Of a stretch of 64,000 bases of DNA, positions 11,650-20,994 are shown piece by piece (position 1 is the first letter of the stretch; every line of letters begins with the position of its first letter). The stretch spans positions 96,001 through 160,000 of the forward strand of contig CAVQNT010000005.1 in the NCBI GenBank assembly GCA_963714275.1, in the 5' to 3' direction. The notes beneath the pieces were generated by a model. It was not told the DNA's origin. It ran no database searches and saw only the letters and a list, made by a program, of their open reading frames with translations. This DNA is from Candidatus Bathyarchaeota archaeon. Lineage in GTDB: Archaea; Thermoproteota; Bathyarchaeia; Bathyarchaeales; DTEX01. A program made the translations under genes and the position numbers.

Positions 11650-12540
11650 ATGACTGTATCCACAAAAAAGCCAGAAGATGTATCAGGAAGCGATGCATCA
11701 GAGAATAACACTGATCAACAGATACCAAAGGCGCTATCACTTGCCTTGATCTCGATTAATGCTGCACTTTACGCCATAGCCATAGCAGCGACTTCTCCTA
11801 TTCCGACGCCTTGGGGAATCGGGAACTTCAGACCTGGCGTCGTAATTCCCGCCTTCTTTTCCGTTGTTTTCGGACCGTTTGTTGGAGGAATCGGGGCGGC
11901 CATCGGATGCTTCTTGGGGGATTTTGCTTTGTCCCTTTTTGGGTTGACGACACCACTATTGAGTCTTGTGGCGGGTGTTCCTGGCAATTTTGTAGGCTTC
12001 TACGTCTTGGGTTGGCTTTATACCAAAAGACGTTCACTCTCATCTTTCATATTAAGTAACTTTGTTGCGTTATTTGCTGGTAATCTGGTTGCGGCTCTTG
12101 GTGTTCTGGCATACTTTTTGTACATTGTTCCCACATGGGTTTCGTGGCCGATTAACCTACAGGTCGCTGTGGTGATAGGATTAACTCTGTTCTGGGTGAC
12201 AACGATGGTGGTCTTTGTGACTCCCCTTGTTCCCGTGTTGGTTATTTACATAGAACCCACGTTATCGAAGATCGGGGTGAAAGGCGTCTCAAACTTGAAA
12301 CTAAGCAGCAAAGCGGATATTTTTAAATCAACGGGCTTAGTAACCCTCATTCTCGTTGCAGTATATGTTCTTGTTATGTTCATGCCTGATGGAAGCCAGC
12401 TTTTTGCTGGAACCGTTCCGCCCGAATTTCTCCTTTTGTCTGCGGGAGTGATTTTCGTTACTGGACTATTCTTCGCATTCTTGTCAGAGATTAATCTGAT
12501 GAAAAATAAATTACAGAAAACCCAGAAAGGACAGCATTGA
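11650..12540 (+). CDS. ECF-transporter S-component-like membrane protein (candidate pantothenate-related)
   Basis: Multi-TM with FRPGVVIP...FGPFVGGIGAAIG...GD S-component-like motif. Lies between coaD and a pantothenate kinase. Confidence 0.65.
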   Translation: MTVSTKKPEDVSGSDASENNTDQQIPKALSLALISINAALYAIAIAATSPIPTPWGIGNFRPGVVIPAFFSVVFGPFVGGIGAAIGCFLGDFALSLFGLTTPLLSLVAGVPGNFVGFYVLGWLYTKRRSLSSFILSNFVALFAGNLVAALGVLAYFLYIVPTWVSWPINLQVAVVIGLTLFWVTTMVVFVTPLVPVLVIYIEPTLSKIGVKGVSNLKLSSKADIFKSTGLVTLILVAVYVLVMFMPDGSQLFAGTVPPEFLLLSAGVIFVTGLFFAFLSEINLMKNKLQKTQKGQH

Positions 12541-12543
12541 GCC

Positions 12544-13394
12544 ATGTCTCGTGAAGACCGTGTTCAATTAGTCGCAGGCATCGATGTTGGAGCAAGCACC
12601 ACTAAGGGCGTCATACTGGGAAAATCGGGAATAATACATCAATGTTTCATTGAAACCTTGAATGACAAGTCTTCAACTTTGCGAATTTTAAAAAAACTTC
12701 TTTCGAGGGTCGATGATGTTTCTTCAATAAAAAAAGTTGCTGTCTCAGGTGGCGATTCGCGGATAATTGTAAAAGAGTTCTTTGGGATACCAGTCCAGAA
12801 GGTAGATGAGATAGCAGCAACTGGCATAGGAGGTCTTTTCCTGTCAGGTAAGAATCAAGCATTAATCGTCAGCGTGGGAACTGGAACAGGTGATAATCAG
12901 CTGCCCGTAACAGTGGAAAAAGGATTAACCATGTTGGCGGCACAGGCGTTGGTGGAGGAACGGTTATGGGGTTGGCGAGAAGAATACTCGGTGTCAACGA
13001 CTTTCAGGATTTAGAAACTTTGGCATTAAAAGGCAACCTAAACCATGTTGATCTGACTGTGGGAGACATTGTGGGGGGACCTGTTGGGATTGTACCTGCT
13101 GAAGCGACCGCGTCAAACCTCGCTAGACTTGACGACGAAACTTTTCCGGAGGATGTGGCTGCTGGTATCTTTAACTTGGTTTCTCAGGTTGTGGGCGTTG
13201 TCTCAGTTATGGCTGCAAAATCCTGTAACCTCGAAGAAGACGTGGTTTTTGTGGGGAGATTAGTAAAAAGCCCATTAGTGTCAAACATCATCCATGAAAC
13301 TGTCAGAGTCTTCGGCGTGAAAGCCTTTGTGCCAGAAAATGGTGAGTATTGCATGGCTGTGGGGGCTGCATCGTACATTCTCAGGAATTATTGA
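12544..13394 (+). CDS. Type II pantothenate kinase-like (CoaW/Fumble, ASKHA); frameshift near 12900
   Basis: GIDVGASTTK, VDEIAATGIGG, VSVGTGT, HVGGTGVGGGT (shifted frame), KGNLNHVDLTVGDI, ASNL. Confidence 0.8.
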
Positions 13395-13498
13395 TATCAA
13401 AATAGAATTATGGCACAAAAACTATATTTTCCAGCGTAAAGTTTAAAGGTTAATATTGTGAATTTGCATACCGCGTTTAAGACAAAGGAGATTACAAG

Positions 13499-14044
13499 TT
13501 GATTTCTGATTCGATTCTTGATAAGAAGGTTCAGATTCTCCTTAAACTTAGAGGTTACAAGCTTCTCGGCGAAGAAGAAGTGAAAGAAGGCAAAGTTTTC
13601 ACGGTTGAAGGTCGTAAAAAGAAAAAACTAATCGTGTGGGCGATAACCAACGTTGAAACCATAGGCATCCGCTACATAACCCAACTGTCGAAACGGATTG
13701 AAACCCAAAGCCTCGATGGCGGAGTAATAATCTCTAACGGTAGGTTTACATACTCAGCCAAGGCGAACTCGAGAAAGAAAAGAGTCGAGCTTATCCCGCC
13801 CAACTTTCCTTCATTCAACATATTTGACCACTATCTTGTGCCAACACACGAGATACTTACTTTAGAGGAAAAAGAGGCGGTTCTTAAAAAATACCGGGTG
13901 CATCCTTACCAGCTTCCTCTGCTGAGAACTTCAGACCCAATTTCCAAGGTTATTGGCGCCAGACCAGGAGACTTAGTTAAGATAACTAGGGAAAGTCAAA
14001 CAGCCGGTGAACATGTCTCGTACCGATACGTCGTTGAAGGCTGA
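13499..14044 (+). CDS. rpo5: DNA-directed RNA polymerase subunit Rpo5 (H) with ~100-aa N-terminal extension
   Basis: C-terminal FNIFDHYLVPTHEIL...QLP...SDP...GARPGDLVKITRES.TAG...YRYVV is the Rpo5/RPB5-C signature. Confidence 0.93.
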   Translation: MISDSILDKKVQILLKLRGYKLLGEEEVKEGKVFTVEGRKKKKLIVWAITNVETIGIRYITQLSKRIETQSLDGGVIISNGRFTYSAKANSRKKRVELIPPNFPSFNIFDHYLVPTHEILTLEEKEAVLKKYRVHPYQLPLLRTSDPISKVIGARPGDLVKITRESQTAGEHVSYRYVVEG

Positions 14045-14108
14045 TTCGTCCTCCTATATTTTGAGTAAAAAGGTTTGACCTTGCTTTCAGCGTTGCGTCA
14101 CCCCAAAA

Positions 14109-15293
14109 GTGGTTCATGTGAATAAGAACGTTAAGGTCATCTTTGTCTCAGGTCTCCTTTCTGCTTTTATTATTGGAATTTTTGAGCTTCTTTTTCCGTT
14201 CTACCTTGAATACAGGGGTATTTCACTTGTTGACATGGGTTTGATCTTCAGTGTTTCAATGCTTGTCATATCTTTTCTCCGCATCCTTCTGGGAGAGTAT
14301 GCTGACGTTTATGGCAAAAAGAAGGTCTATTTGGCTTCGTGCACTATGGGGATTGCGTCAAAGGCAGTCTTCCCTTTTTCATTTAACGAATTACAGATTC
14401 TGGGCACAAAGTTCCTGAATGATTTGCAGGACAACCTTCGATTAACGGTTCATAACATTATGCTTTACGAAAATGTGAGGAACTCTTATGCTAAACTTCT
14501 GTCATGGTTCACGACAATTGAATTCGTTCTTCAGGCTTCGGGTACCATTTTCTTTGCTTTATTCTTGTCTTACCTGAATTTTTCGGGGCTTTTTCTTATT
14601 CTTGCATCAGTGGAAGCTGCTAAATTCCTCATATTGCTATTGTACCGAGAGGACAACAGGAAAGAAGGCAAAAAATTGTCTCTTAGAGAGGCTTATAGCT
14701 TCAAGATTGAAAGGAACCTTCTTATTTTGTCTTTGACATCGGCTGTTGCGTCGCTCGGGTTCGGAATTGCCCACGGTTTCCTTTTGCCATTGTATTTTAT
14801 GGGTAAATACAACCTTGATGTTGCACAAATATCCATCATTACGGTGCTGCATAGGCTGTCTTTCATGACTACGCCTTTAGCCGATAGGTTCATAAGAAAG
14901 TTGGGACTGCGGTCAACATACATCTTTTCAACCTCAGCGTATGCTCTTTCTTTTTTGGTAATAGGTTTTTGGACTTTTCCGATTCCAGTGTTTGTGGCTT
15001 TGTTCCTCGTCCACGACCTTTTGGGAGGAGGAATCGGGATGACAGCGATGAGCGTAATTACGCAGAATCTTACCGACGATGAAACGCGTGCAAGGCAAAT
15101 TAACACTTTTAATGCAATCCAAACTCCTATGACGATTTTGGCTCCAAGCATATCAGGAATGTTGGCAGCAATGAGCTGGGACTACACCTTCATTGCTGGA
15201 GGATTTTTTTATTGCATCTCATTAGCCATTTTCTCCGTTCTCTTGAAAAGTGAATCTCTCATCCCAAAATCTACCATCAAACAAGAAGTTTAA
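14109..15293 (+). CDS. MFS transporter
   Basis: About 12 TM segments; GEYADVYGKK and ADRFIRKLGLR MFS loop motifs. Confidence 0.85.
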   Translation: MVHVNKNVKVIFVSGLLSAFIIGIFELLFPFYLEYRGISLVDMGLIFSVSMLVISFLRILLGEYADVYGKKKVYLASCTMGIASKAVFPFSFNELQILGTKFLNDLQDNLRLTVHNIMLYENVRNSYAKLLSWFTTIEFVLQASGTIFFALFLSYLNFSGLFLILASVEAAKFLILLLYREDNRKEGKKLSLREAYSFKIERNLLILSLTSAVASLGFGIAHGFLLPLYFMGKYNLDVAQISIITVLHRLSFMTTPLADRFIRKLGLRSTYIFSTSAYALSFLVIGFWTFPIPVFVALFLVHDLLGGGIGMTAMSVITQNLTDDETRARQINTFNAIQTPMTILAPSISGMLAAMSWDYTFIAGGFFYCISLAIFSVLLKSESLIPKSTIKQEV

Positions 15294-15430
15294 TTATTGC
15301 TGAAGACCATTAATCTCGAATCTTCAATAATTCAGAATACTGCTCTTAGGTTCCACTAAAAGTTAATTTTTCTGTCAGTATCTTGGATGTTTAAATACAG
15401 GCATGATATATAGAGAAATTAAAGTTTGAA

Positions 15431-15914
15431 CTAGTTTTTCAAGTATGTTCGGTAGTTCACGAGTTTTATGCTTTTTCGCGTAACTATTTCTTTAGTTTTT
15501 GGACTTAACAAACATTTTAATTCTGCTAGTCTATGATTTCCTACTCCTTCAGGCATCACGTGAGACGGTTCCGTATGCATAAGAGCTTGAGATTCAAGTG
15601 AGTCTACCAAGAGATGGTTAACTAACAACCAAAGTCCCGGAGTTAATTCATCAAGTTGCTTAGTGAGATTTGATTCCTTTTCTGAAGGATGAATAGTATA
15701 TACACCCGCAACAATCTTCTAGTCTGAATGACCTGAAATTGGCAGCTTATATTCCGCTGAAAGTTCCTTCACTACCTTAAGGAATTCTTTCTCTCTGCCA
15801 GATTCTTCGCTATCGCCTATGTAGTGTGTGTCAAGATAACATGGATTTACGCCCCATTTCATTAGAAGCTCAATTTGGGCTTTAATCTCATTTTTCACTT
15901 CAATGTAGTCAGGA
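15431..15914 (-). pseudogene. 3' half of YdjC/ChbG-family deacetylase, cut off by the integrated element; in-frame TAG at 15719-15721
   Basis: Manual translation: PDYIEVKNEIKAQIELLMKWGVNPCYLDTHYIG...SD*KIVAG...LTPGLWLLVNH...RLAELKCLLSP. This is the typical YdjC C-terminal half. Confidence 0.88.
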
Positions 15915-15932
15915 CAACAGAATAGTTAACTT
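15908..15932. repeat. Left attachment site (core GTCAGGA + arm CAACAGAATAGTTAACTT)
   Basis: The arm is an imperfect inverted copy of the right arm (reverse complement CAACTAATTAGTCAACTT). Confidence 0.85.
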
Positions 15933-15961
15933 TATATATTAATCAGTAGTATTCTTTCAGT

Positions 15962-17162
15962 ATGGCAAAATTAGAGTATCTTAAACAATATGGCAGCGTC
16001 CAAACCGTTAATGCATACAAAAGCGGTTTGAAAGATTTTTTCCAAGCAATCTATAACGAACGAAACGGGCTTGAAGGATTAGCTGAAAGATACCTTAATG
16101 ACAAGCGGAATTATGAAGAAGACATTCAGACCTTTTTAATAGCGATCAAGGACTACGCACCTAAAACCGTAAAACTTAGACTTACTGCAGTTCGTATGTT
16201 TCTTTTAGAGAATGGAATAGAGATGTCTCAACAGTTCTGGAGAAGGATAAGAGGAAGAGTAAGAGGAACGAGAGGCTCTAACGCTTGACAAGGTCCCGAG
16301 CAATGAAGAATTAAGGAAAATCATGACACACTTACCAGTTCAAGGAAAGGCTCTGTTTCTGACAATGTGCAGTTCAGGAATGAGGATCGGTGAAGCTCTT
16401 AGTCTTGTGCCTGAAAACATAGAGTTCGGAGATCCTACACGTATTAACATTCAAGCGTCGTTTACGAAGACCAAAAACTCGAGGATAGCGTTTATTTCAA
16501 AAGAAGCCAGCGAAGCCGTCGAGGAATGGCTCAAGGTCAGAAAAGACTATTTGGGTTCAGCCGTCGCAAGAAGCCGATTTGGAAAGTCTATTGATGATCC
16601 TAGGATTTTTCCATTCACAAGTTTTAATGCAAGGTATATTTGGAATATTGCCTTAAAGAAGACTGGAAACGGGAAAAAGGACACTCAGACAAACTATCAT
16701 CTTGTGCATCCTCACGTATTGCGAAAGTTCTTTCGGACTCGGATGGCTACAATTATTCCCGTCGACGTAACCGAAGCTTTGATGGGTCATGAAGGTTATT
16801 TGACTGAGGTTTACCGTAGATACACGCCTGAGGACTTAGCCAAGTTCTACAAGCAAGGAGAACTATCTATTTCAATATTCGGCGGCGTAGTGGATCTACA
16901 ACAGATTCAAAAACAAGTTGATGAAAAAGTAGATGATAAAATAGGAGCTTTGCAGAAAGTCATAGACCGTTATGCTACTGAAAATTTGGAGTCTAAAAGC
17001 CGTCTCTCTAGTATAGAGCTTGAAATCACACAATTATCAGAGATTTTCAAAGAATTTAAGAAGAAAGCTCTAAAAATTTTTCAACTGTCATATTTTCCTG
17101 TTTCAAAATTAAGACTTTCCGACCCAAAAAGACCATTGTTTTATCTTATCGCATTAAGATAA
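15962..17162 (+). CDS. Tyrosine recombinase/integrase (SAM-like N domain, catalytic domain, C-terminal coiled coil); frameshift near 16280
   Basis: TVNAY...YAPKTV N-domain; SSGMRIGEAL, TKTK, HPHVLRKFFRT, LMGH, YRRY catalytic residues. Confidence 0.93.
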
Positions 17163-17530
17163 ACTCAGGGGTCCGACCAAAAAACACCATATTTAATGTT
17201 ATATATGATAATATTAAATGGCTCATTGTTTTATCCTTCGCAATAAATCAGTTATAATTATCTAAACTAAGGATAAAGGCTGAAACAGCTATAATTCACT
17301 CAACTAAGAATATAATAAAAGTCATCATGAAGAATATAATTAAACAGCTATACTTTTGAGGCGAAAAGGCTAGGGTAAACACCTCAGATATGCCACTACA
17401 ATTTTTTAAACTGTTTCCATAAACTTATATACATCGTTAAGTTAGATCAGGGCATTGGTCATTAGGTTGTGCGTTTATGGTATGACGATAAAATCGCAAG
17501 ATAAACGTCATTCAAACCATAGGACAACAC

Positions 17531-17752
17531 TTGAAAAATTCTGAAAAAACGACTGAATCAGTAAAGATTCTCGACCACGATTTTGAATTTCCGTCTTGTA
17601 TTGGCAGAAAGACCGCTGAACCGCTGAGTACATGCAAAGGCTGCGAGGTTGCAAGCCTTTGTGAATGGCTGAAAATCAAGTTTGTTTCCCGAGAACCTGT
17701 AATCCAGTTCACGGAAAAATTTGAAAAAATTTTAGGAGCAATAAAAATTTGA
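17531..17752 (+). CDS. Small Cys-rich hypothetical protein (element cargo)
   Basis: C-x10-CKGC-x5-C pattern; co-oriented with the downstream cargo. Confidence 0.55.
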   Translation: MKNSEKTTESVKILDHDFEFPSCIGRKTAEPLSTCKGCEVASLCEWLKIKFVSREPVIQFTEKFEKILGAIKI

Positions 17753-17813
17753 CGAAGGTTTCAAGGCAACGACTGAAACGGAAAACACCAAGCACTGATA
17801 GAAGGAAAAGGTA

Positions 17814-17987
17814 ATGACTTTCAAGTTTTTCTTTTATGCTCCGTCAAGTAGAATCTTGTTCAAAATTTGCGACGTATGTAAAAAACCATTCGTAAATGGT
17901 GATTTATGCGTTTCAAGGCTTGGCGGATCTTCAATTCATGTTATCGGTCATTACTGTCAAGGTTGCTATGAAAAATTGTTCAGGTGA
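17814..17987 (+). CDS. 57-aa Zn-finger protein (not in ORF track)
   Basis: MTFKFFFYAPSSRILFKICDVCKKPFVNGDLCVSRLGGSSIHVIGHYCQGCYEKLFR; same Cys/His pattern as the next ORF. Confidence 0.75.
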   Translation: MTFKFFFYAPSSRILFKICDVCKKPFVNGDLCVSRLGGSSIHVIGHYCQGCYEKLFR

Positions 17988-17991
17988 CTGA

Positions 17992-18204
17992 ATGGTTTTT
18001 AGAACGTATGTTTTTCAGTCTTGGGCTCGGTTTTCAGGCTTGAGATGTGACGTTTGCGGTCACCGATTTGTAGAAAATGACATCGTAGTTACTAAGACTC
18101 AAGGTGCAAAAGAAAGGAAAAAATGGGAAAGAAAAAACGTCTTAACCCATTATTGTGGCAAATGTTATAATAATTTGTATTTTCAAGGGGAGGTGATTGA
18201 ATGA
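17992..18204 (+). CDS. 70-aa Zn-finger protein
   Basis: CDVC..F...D.V...HYCGKCY; GGTGA SD-like sequence upstream; tightly packed. Confidence 0.75.
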   Translation: MVFRTYVFQSWARFSGLRCDVCGHRFVENDIVVTKTQGAKERKKWERKNVLTHYCGKCYNNLYFQGEVIE

Positions 18205-18885
18205 AAAGAAGAACACCAATAAGACATCATGTTTCAAGCCATGTTCGGGATGGACATCATATCCACGATTATATGAGAGGTCGAGGGAACCGAGGAAATT
18301 CGTATGTTCGAAGGACTAGGATCCAAGAAGGGATTTACTGCAAAACTGATAAGTCTATAAAAACGAAACATTGCGGGAAATGCAGCGATAAGCTGAGAGG
18401 ATTATTCAACATCTCATGAGCCAAGAGCTTACCACGTGACCTTTGGATACTTAGACGGTTCTAATGAAGTCGTCGAAATAATTGCAAGGTCGCCAAAGGA
18501 GGCTTTACACGGTGCTGATAATAAGAGAAAACGAAAGGATCAGAGAGCTGTCTCAGTGGTCGTAACGAATTCTATCGGTGAAATCGTCGGAAAACTGGCT
18601 CGAGGAATCGGTTCAGGCGTCAAAAAGGTTGCTAAGGGAGCTATGATTTTAGGAAAACAAGCCTATTGGAAAGGTAAAGAGTTTGCTTATGAACATGAGC
18701 TCGGTGAAAAATTAAAGAATGTCGGTCGTTCTGCTGCTGTTGCACTAGCAAAACACCAAAAAAACGTTAAGGCTGAACAGCTCATAAGAAAAGCGTTCAG
18801 TTCTGACCGTGTCGAATCAGTTAAAGCAAGAGTCGAACTTAAACAAAAATATCCAGAAATCTACTTGGCGGCTCGTTTCAGGTGA
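18201..18885 (+). CDS. Basic hypothetical protein(s): His/Arg-rich 72-aa ORF and 149-aa ORF, possibly one frameshifted gene
   Basis: GGAGGTGA SD before 18201; RHHVSSHVRDGHHIHDYMRG. The frame of 18436..18885 stays open upstream (EPRAYHVTFG). Confidence 0.6.
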
Positions 18886-18933
18886 TAATATTGACTAAAA
18901 AGACCGATTTCAAGGGTTATAGAAGGTGACTTA

Positions 18934-19083
18934 ATGGACGTTTTAAATAACCTTGTTCAGTATCTCATGATTCACCCTTGGCATTGTGTTTTAGCTGTTG
19001 CGATTGCTGGCTCTGTAATTTTGTATTTTTTGTATGACTGGCTCGGAAATCAGTCCTCGAGACCTCGGAAAAGTGGATGGTGA
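18934..19083 (+). CDS. 49-aa single-pass membrane protein (not in ORF track)
   Basis: MDVLNNLVQYLMIHPWHCVLAVAIAGSVILYFLYDWLGNQSSRPRKSGW; AAGGTGA SD upstream. Confidence 0.6.
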   Translation: MDVLNNLVQYLMIHPWHCVLAVAIAGSVILYFLYDWLGNQSSRPRKSGW

Positions 19084-19562
19084 AGACTTAGGCATTTGTA
19101 GAGGAAAAGCTCGACCTTTCAATGTAAAAGATGCCCATTGTATGAGCTAACTGTCTATTTAATAAAAAATTAGTAAAAATCGGCGATGGTGACGCTGACG
19201 CTGCGTTACGATATCAACGATGGACCCCTTAGAACCTTGTTTTAGTAAACCATTTAATAAACTGAAAGCCATGATTCAATATAATTAGTAATCTTAAGTC
19301 TAAGATATCGAATTCGAAGACCTCTTCGATGCAGTAATGCCCATTCCCTAGGGGAAAATAATTCTTTTTTAAGGTTCTTTTAATGGTCTCATACAAAATT
19401 ATATATATCACACTAAATAGTCATTTAGTGTGAAACGTTTGGTTTTCAGCGGAAATTACTAAAAAGTCTGTTTTCCGTTTAGAGGAAGAAGACATAAACC
19501 GAAAAAAAAATAAATGTGTGTGCTAAAACCCGACTTTAAAAATTTGGAAGTGTCGAAACAAT

Positions 19563-19802
19563 TTGAAGACTATAGCCCAAATAGTTAGTGAGAGTGGACA
19601 CAGTTACTATTTGGTTTTGAACGAAGTGTTAAGGCATAATGAAGAAGTTAAGAGCCTTGGTTACTGTTCACGCTGTAGAAAGGCGAAGAGTGAGGCTGAG
19701 ACGGTATTAATTCCGACTGGTTCACGCAGAGATTTGGAACACGCTGCAATGATGGAATATGCAATGGCTCAAGCCAAGGCTCAAGGTAAAAAAGAGGTCT
19801 AA
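19563..19802 (+). CDS. Small putative DNA-binding protein (HTH-like + CxxC)
   Basis: KTIAQIVSESGHSYYLVLNEV HTH-like helix pair, then YCSRC; directly upstream of the second recombinase. Confidence 0.55.
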   Translation: MKTIAQIVSESGHSYYLVLNEVLRHNEEVKSLGYCSRCRKAKSEAETVLIPTGSRRDLEHAAMMEYAMAQAKAQGKKEV

Positions 19803-19807
19803 AAACA

Positions 19808-20522
19808 ATGTTAAAGAAATCTAGATATCGAAATAAGAGAGAAGAAACTCTTTCAGCGGTTGAATTTGAAGGATTTTATGAGAATGCCAAGAAGCTTGAA
19901 GAACTTAGAGAAATTAATAGAAAAACGGCTGCAGGTCCAGCCGCATTGAGAATTAAACCAATTTCTGTTTGTGGTCTTCTCAGCATTCTTTTCTATACTG
20001 GATTAAGGATAACTGAGATTTGTGGTGATCCCATTCACATTTACAAAGTTAAAGTATGGGATAATACCACAAGTCCAAAAACTTGGACTGGTGAATATGA
20101 AGAAAAGAAGTCTGAAGAGATCCACGGCATACTTAAAAAGAATGTTGAAATTGTAGGAGATAAGTGAAGAATTACCGCAAGAGAGGTTCGAAAACGTGGC
20201 AAAAGACTTTCACCTCTTTTTATTCCGATTGACCGTTTAGGTGTTCAAAGTATAATTGAAGCTTGGAAGCTGGCAAAGGGTCCAGAAGATAGAATTTTTC
20301 CAATATGCCGCTGGACTGGCTGGTTTTTAATCTCAAATGTTACGAACGGGCGATTATATCCTCATTATTTTCGCCTCAATAGAGACTTCAAAATTCGCAG
20401 AAAATAAGAAGACTACATTAATAGAATTATTAGCTTGGTTCGGCTGGAAACAACCTGAAACCGCAAGTCACTATTTAATTGCTGCGGGACGAACGACCGA
20501 AAATATGGCTGACCGATTATAA
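19808..20522 (+). CDS. Compact (catalytic-domain-only) tyrosine recombinase; two frameshifts
   Basis: LFYTGLRITEI, then in shifted frames KRGKR...LYPHYFRLNR and WFGWKQPETASHYL (R, K, HxxR, W, Y set). Confidence 0.85.
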
Positions 20523-20568
20523 TTATGACAGTGGAATGATAGCTGGCTACGGCTGAGAGATTATAAAT

Positions 20569-20592
20569 AAGTTGACTAATTAGTTGTCAGGA
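20569..20592. repeat. Right attachment site (arm AAGTTGACTAATTAGTTG + core TCAGGA)
   Basis: Mirror of the left site; the core is duplicated. Confidence 0.85.
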
Positions 20593-20915
20593 TTACTGTC
20601 AAAGAATTCCCGTGGAGACCTATGAAAAAAGCCATCATCATCCGTGATGCTTGATAAGTGGTCATATGGAAGCACTGGCCTCCATGGGTATCCTCTCCAT
20701 TCTCCAATGACTGCCAGATGGACGCCTAAGCACCAAGATGGATTAACCTTCGCCATTTCAGCTGCTTCACGAGCCCAAGGAGTAGGTGCCAATATGGCAG
20801 CGCAGGTTAGAATACCTTCTTTAAAGGCTTTGGACACAGCCAAGTTGCATGAATGCAGACTGCCCATGCCGTCGCCACGGACAATAAGCTTAATGCCTTT
20901 ATCTGAGGATCGCAT
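20580..20915 (-). pseudogene. 5' half of YdjC/ChbG-family deacetylase, truncated by the element
   Basis: LIVRGDGMG...N.AV, G.LT.A, LGVHL...GEW...WRP. Ends at NPD|N* exactly at the att core. Confidence 0.9.
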
Positions 20916-20994
20916 AGTATCGCCTGCTGTGAATATTATTGACTATGTTTTTTCAAAATTTTTTGTTAGTTGTTAGTAACCCATCGTAAAATGA

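Larger units (their letters stand above)
15909..20592. mobile_element. ~4.68 kb integrative element with two tyrosine recombinases, inserted in a ydjC-family gene
   Basis: Bounded by direct repeat GTCAGGA (15908-15914, 20586-20592) exactly at the break in the host gene, with imperfect inverted arms and a recombinase gene at each end. Confidence 0.9.

Noticed and set aside
18172-18189. NLYFQG, resembling a TEV protease site, at the end of a Zn-finger ORF
   Set aside because: It lacks the Glu of ENLYFQG, overlaps the next gene's SD and has no vector context. Coincidence.
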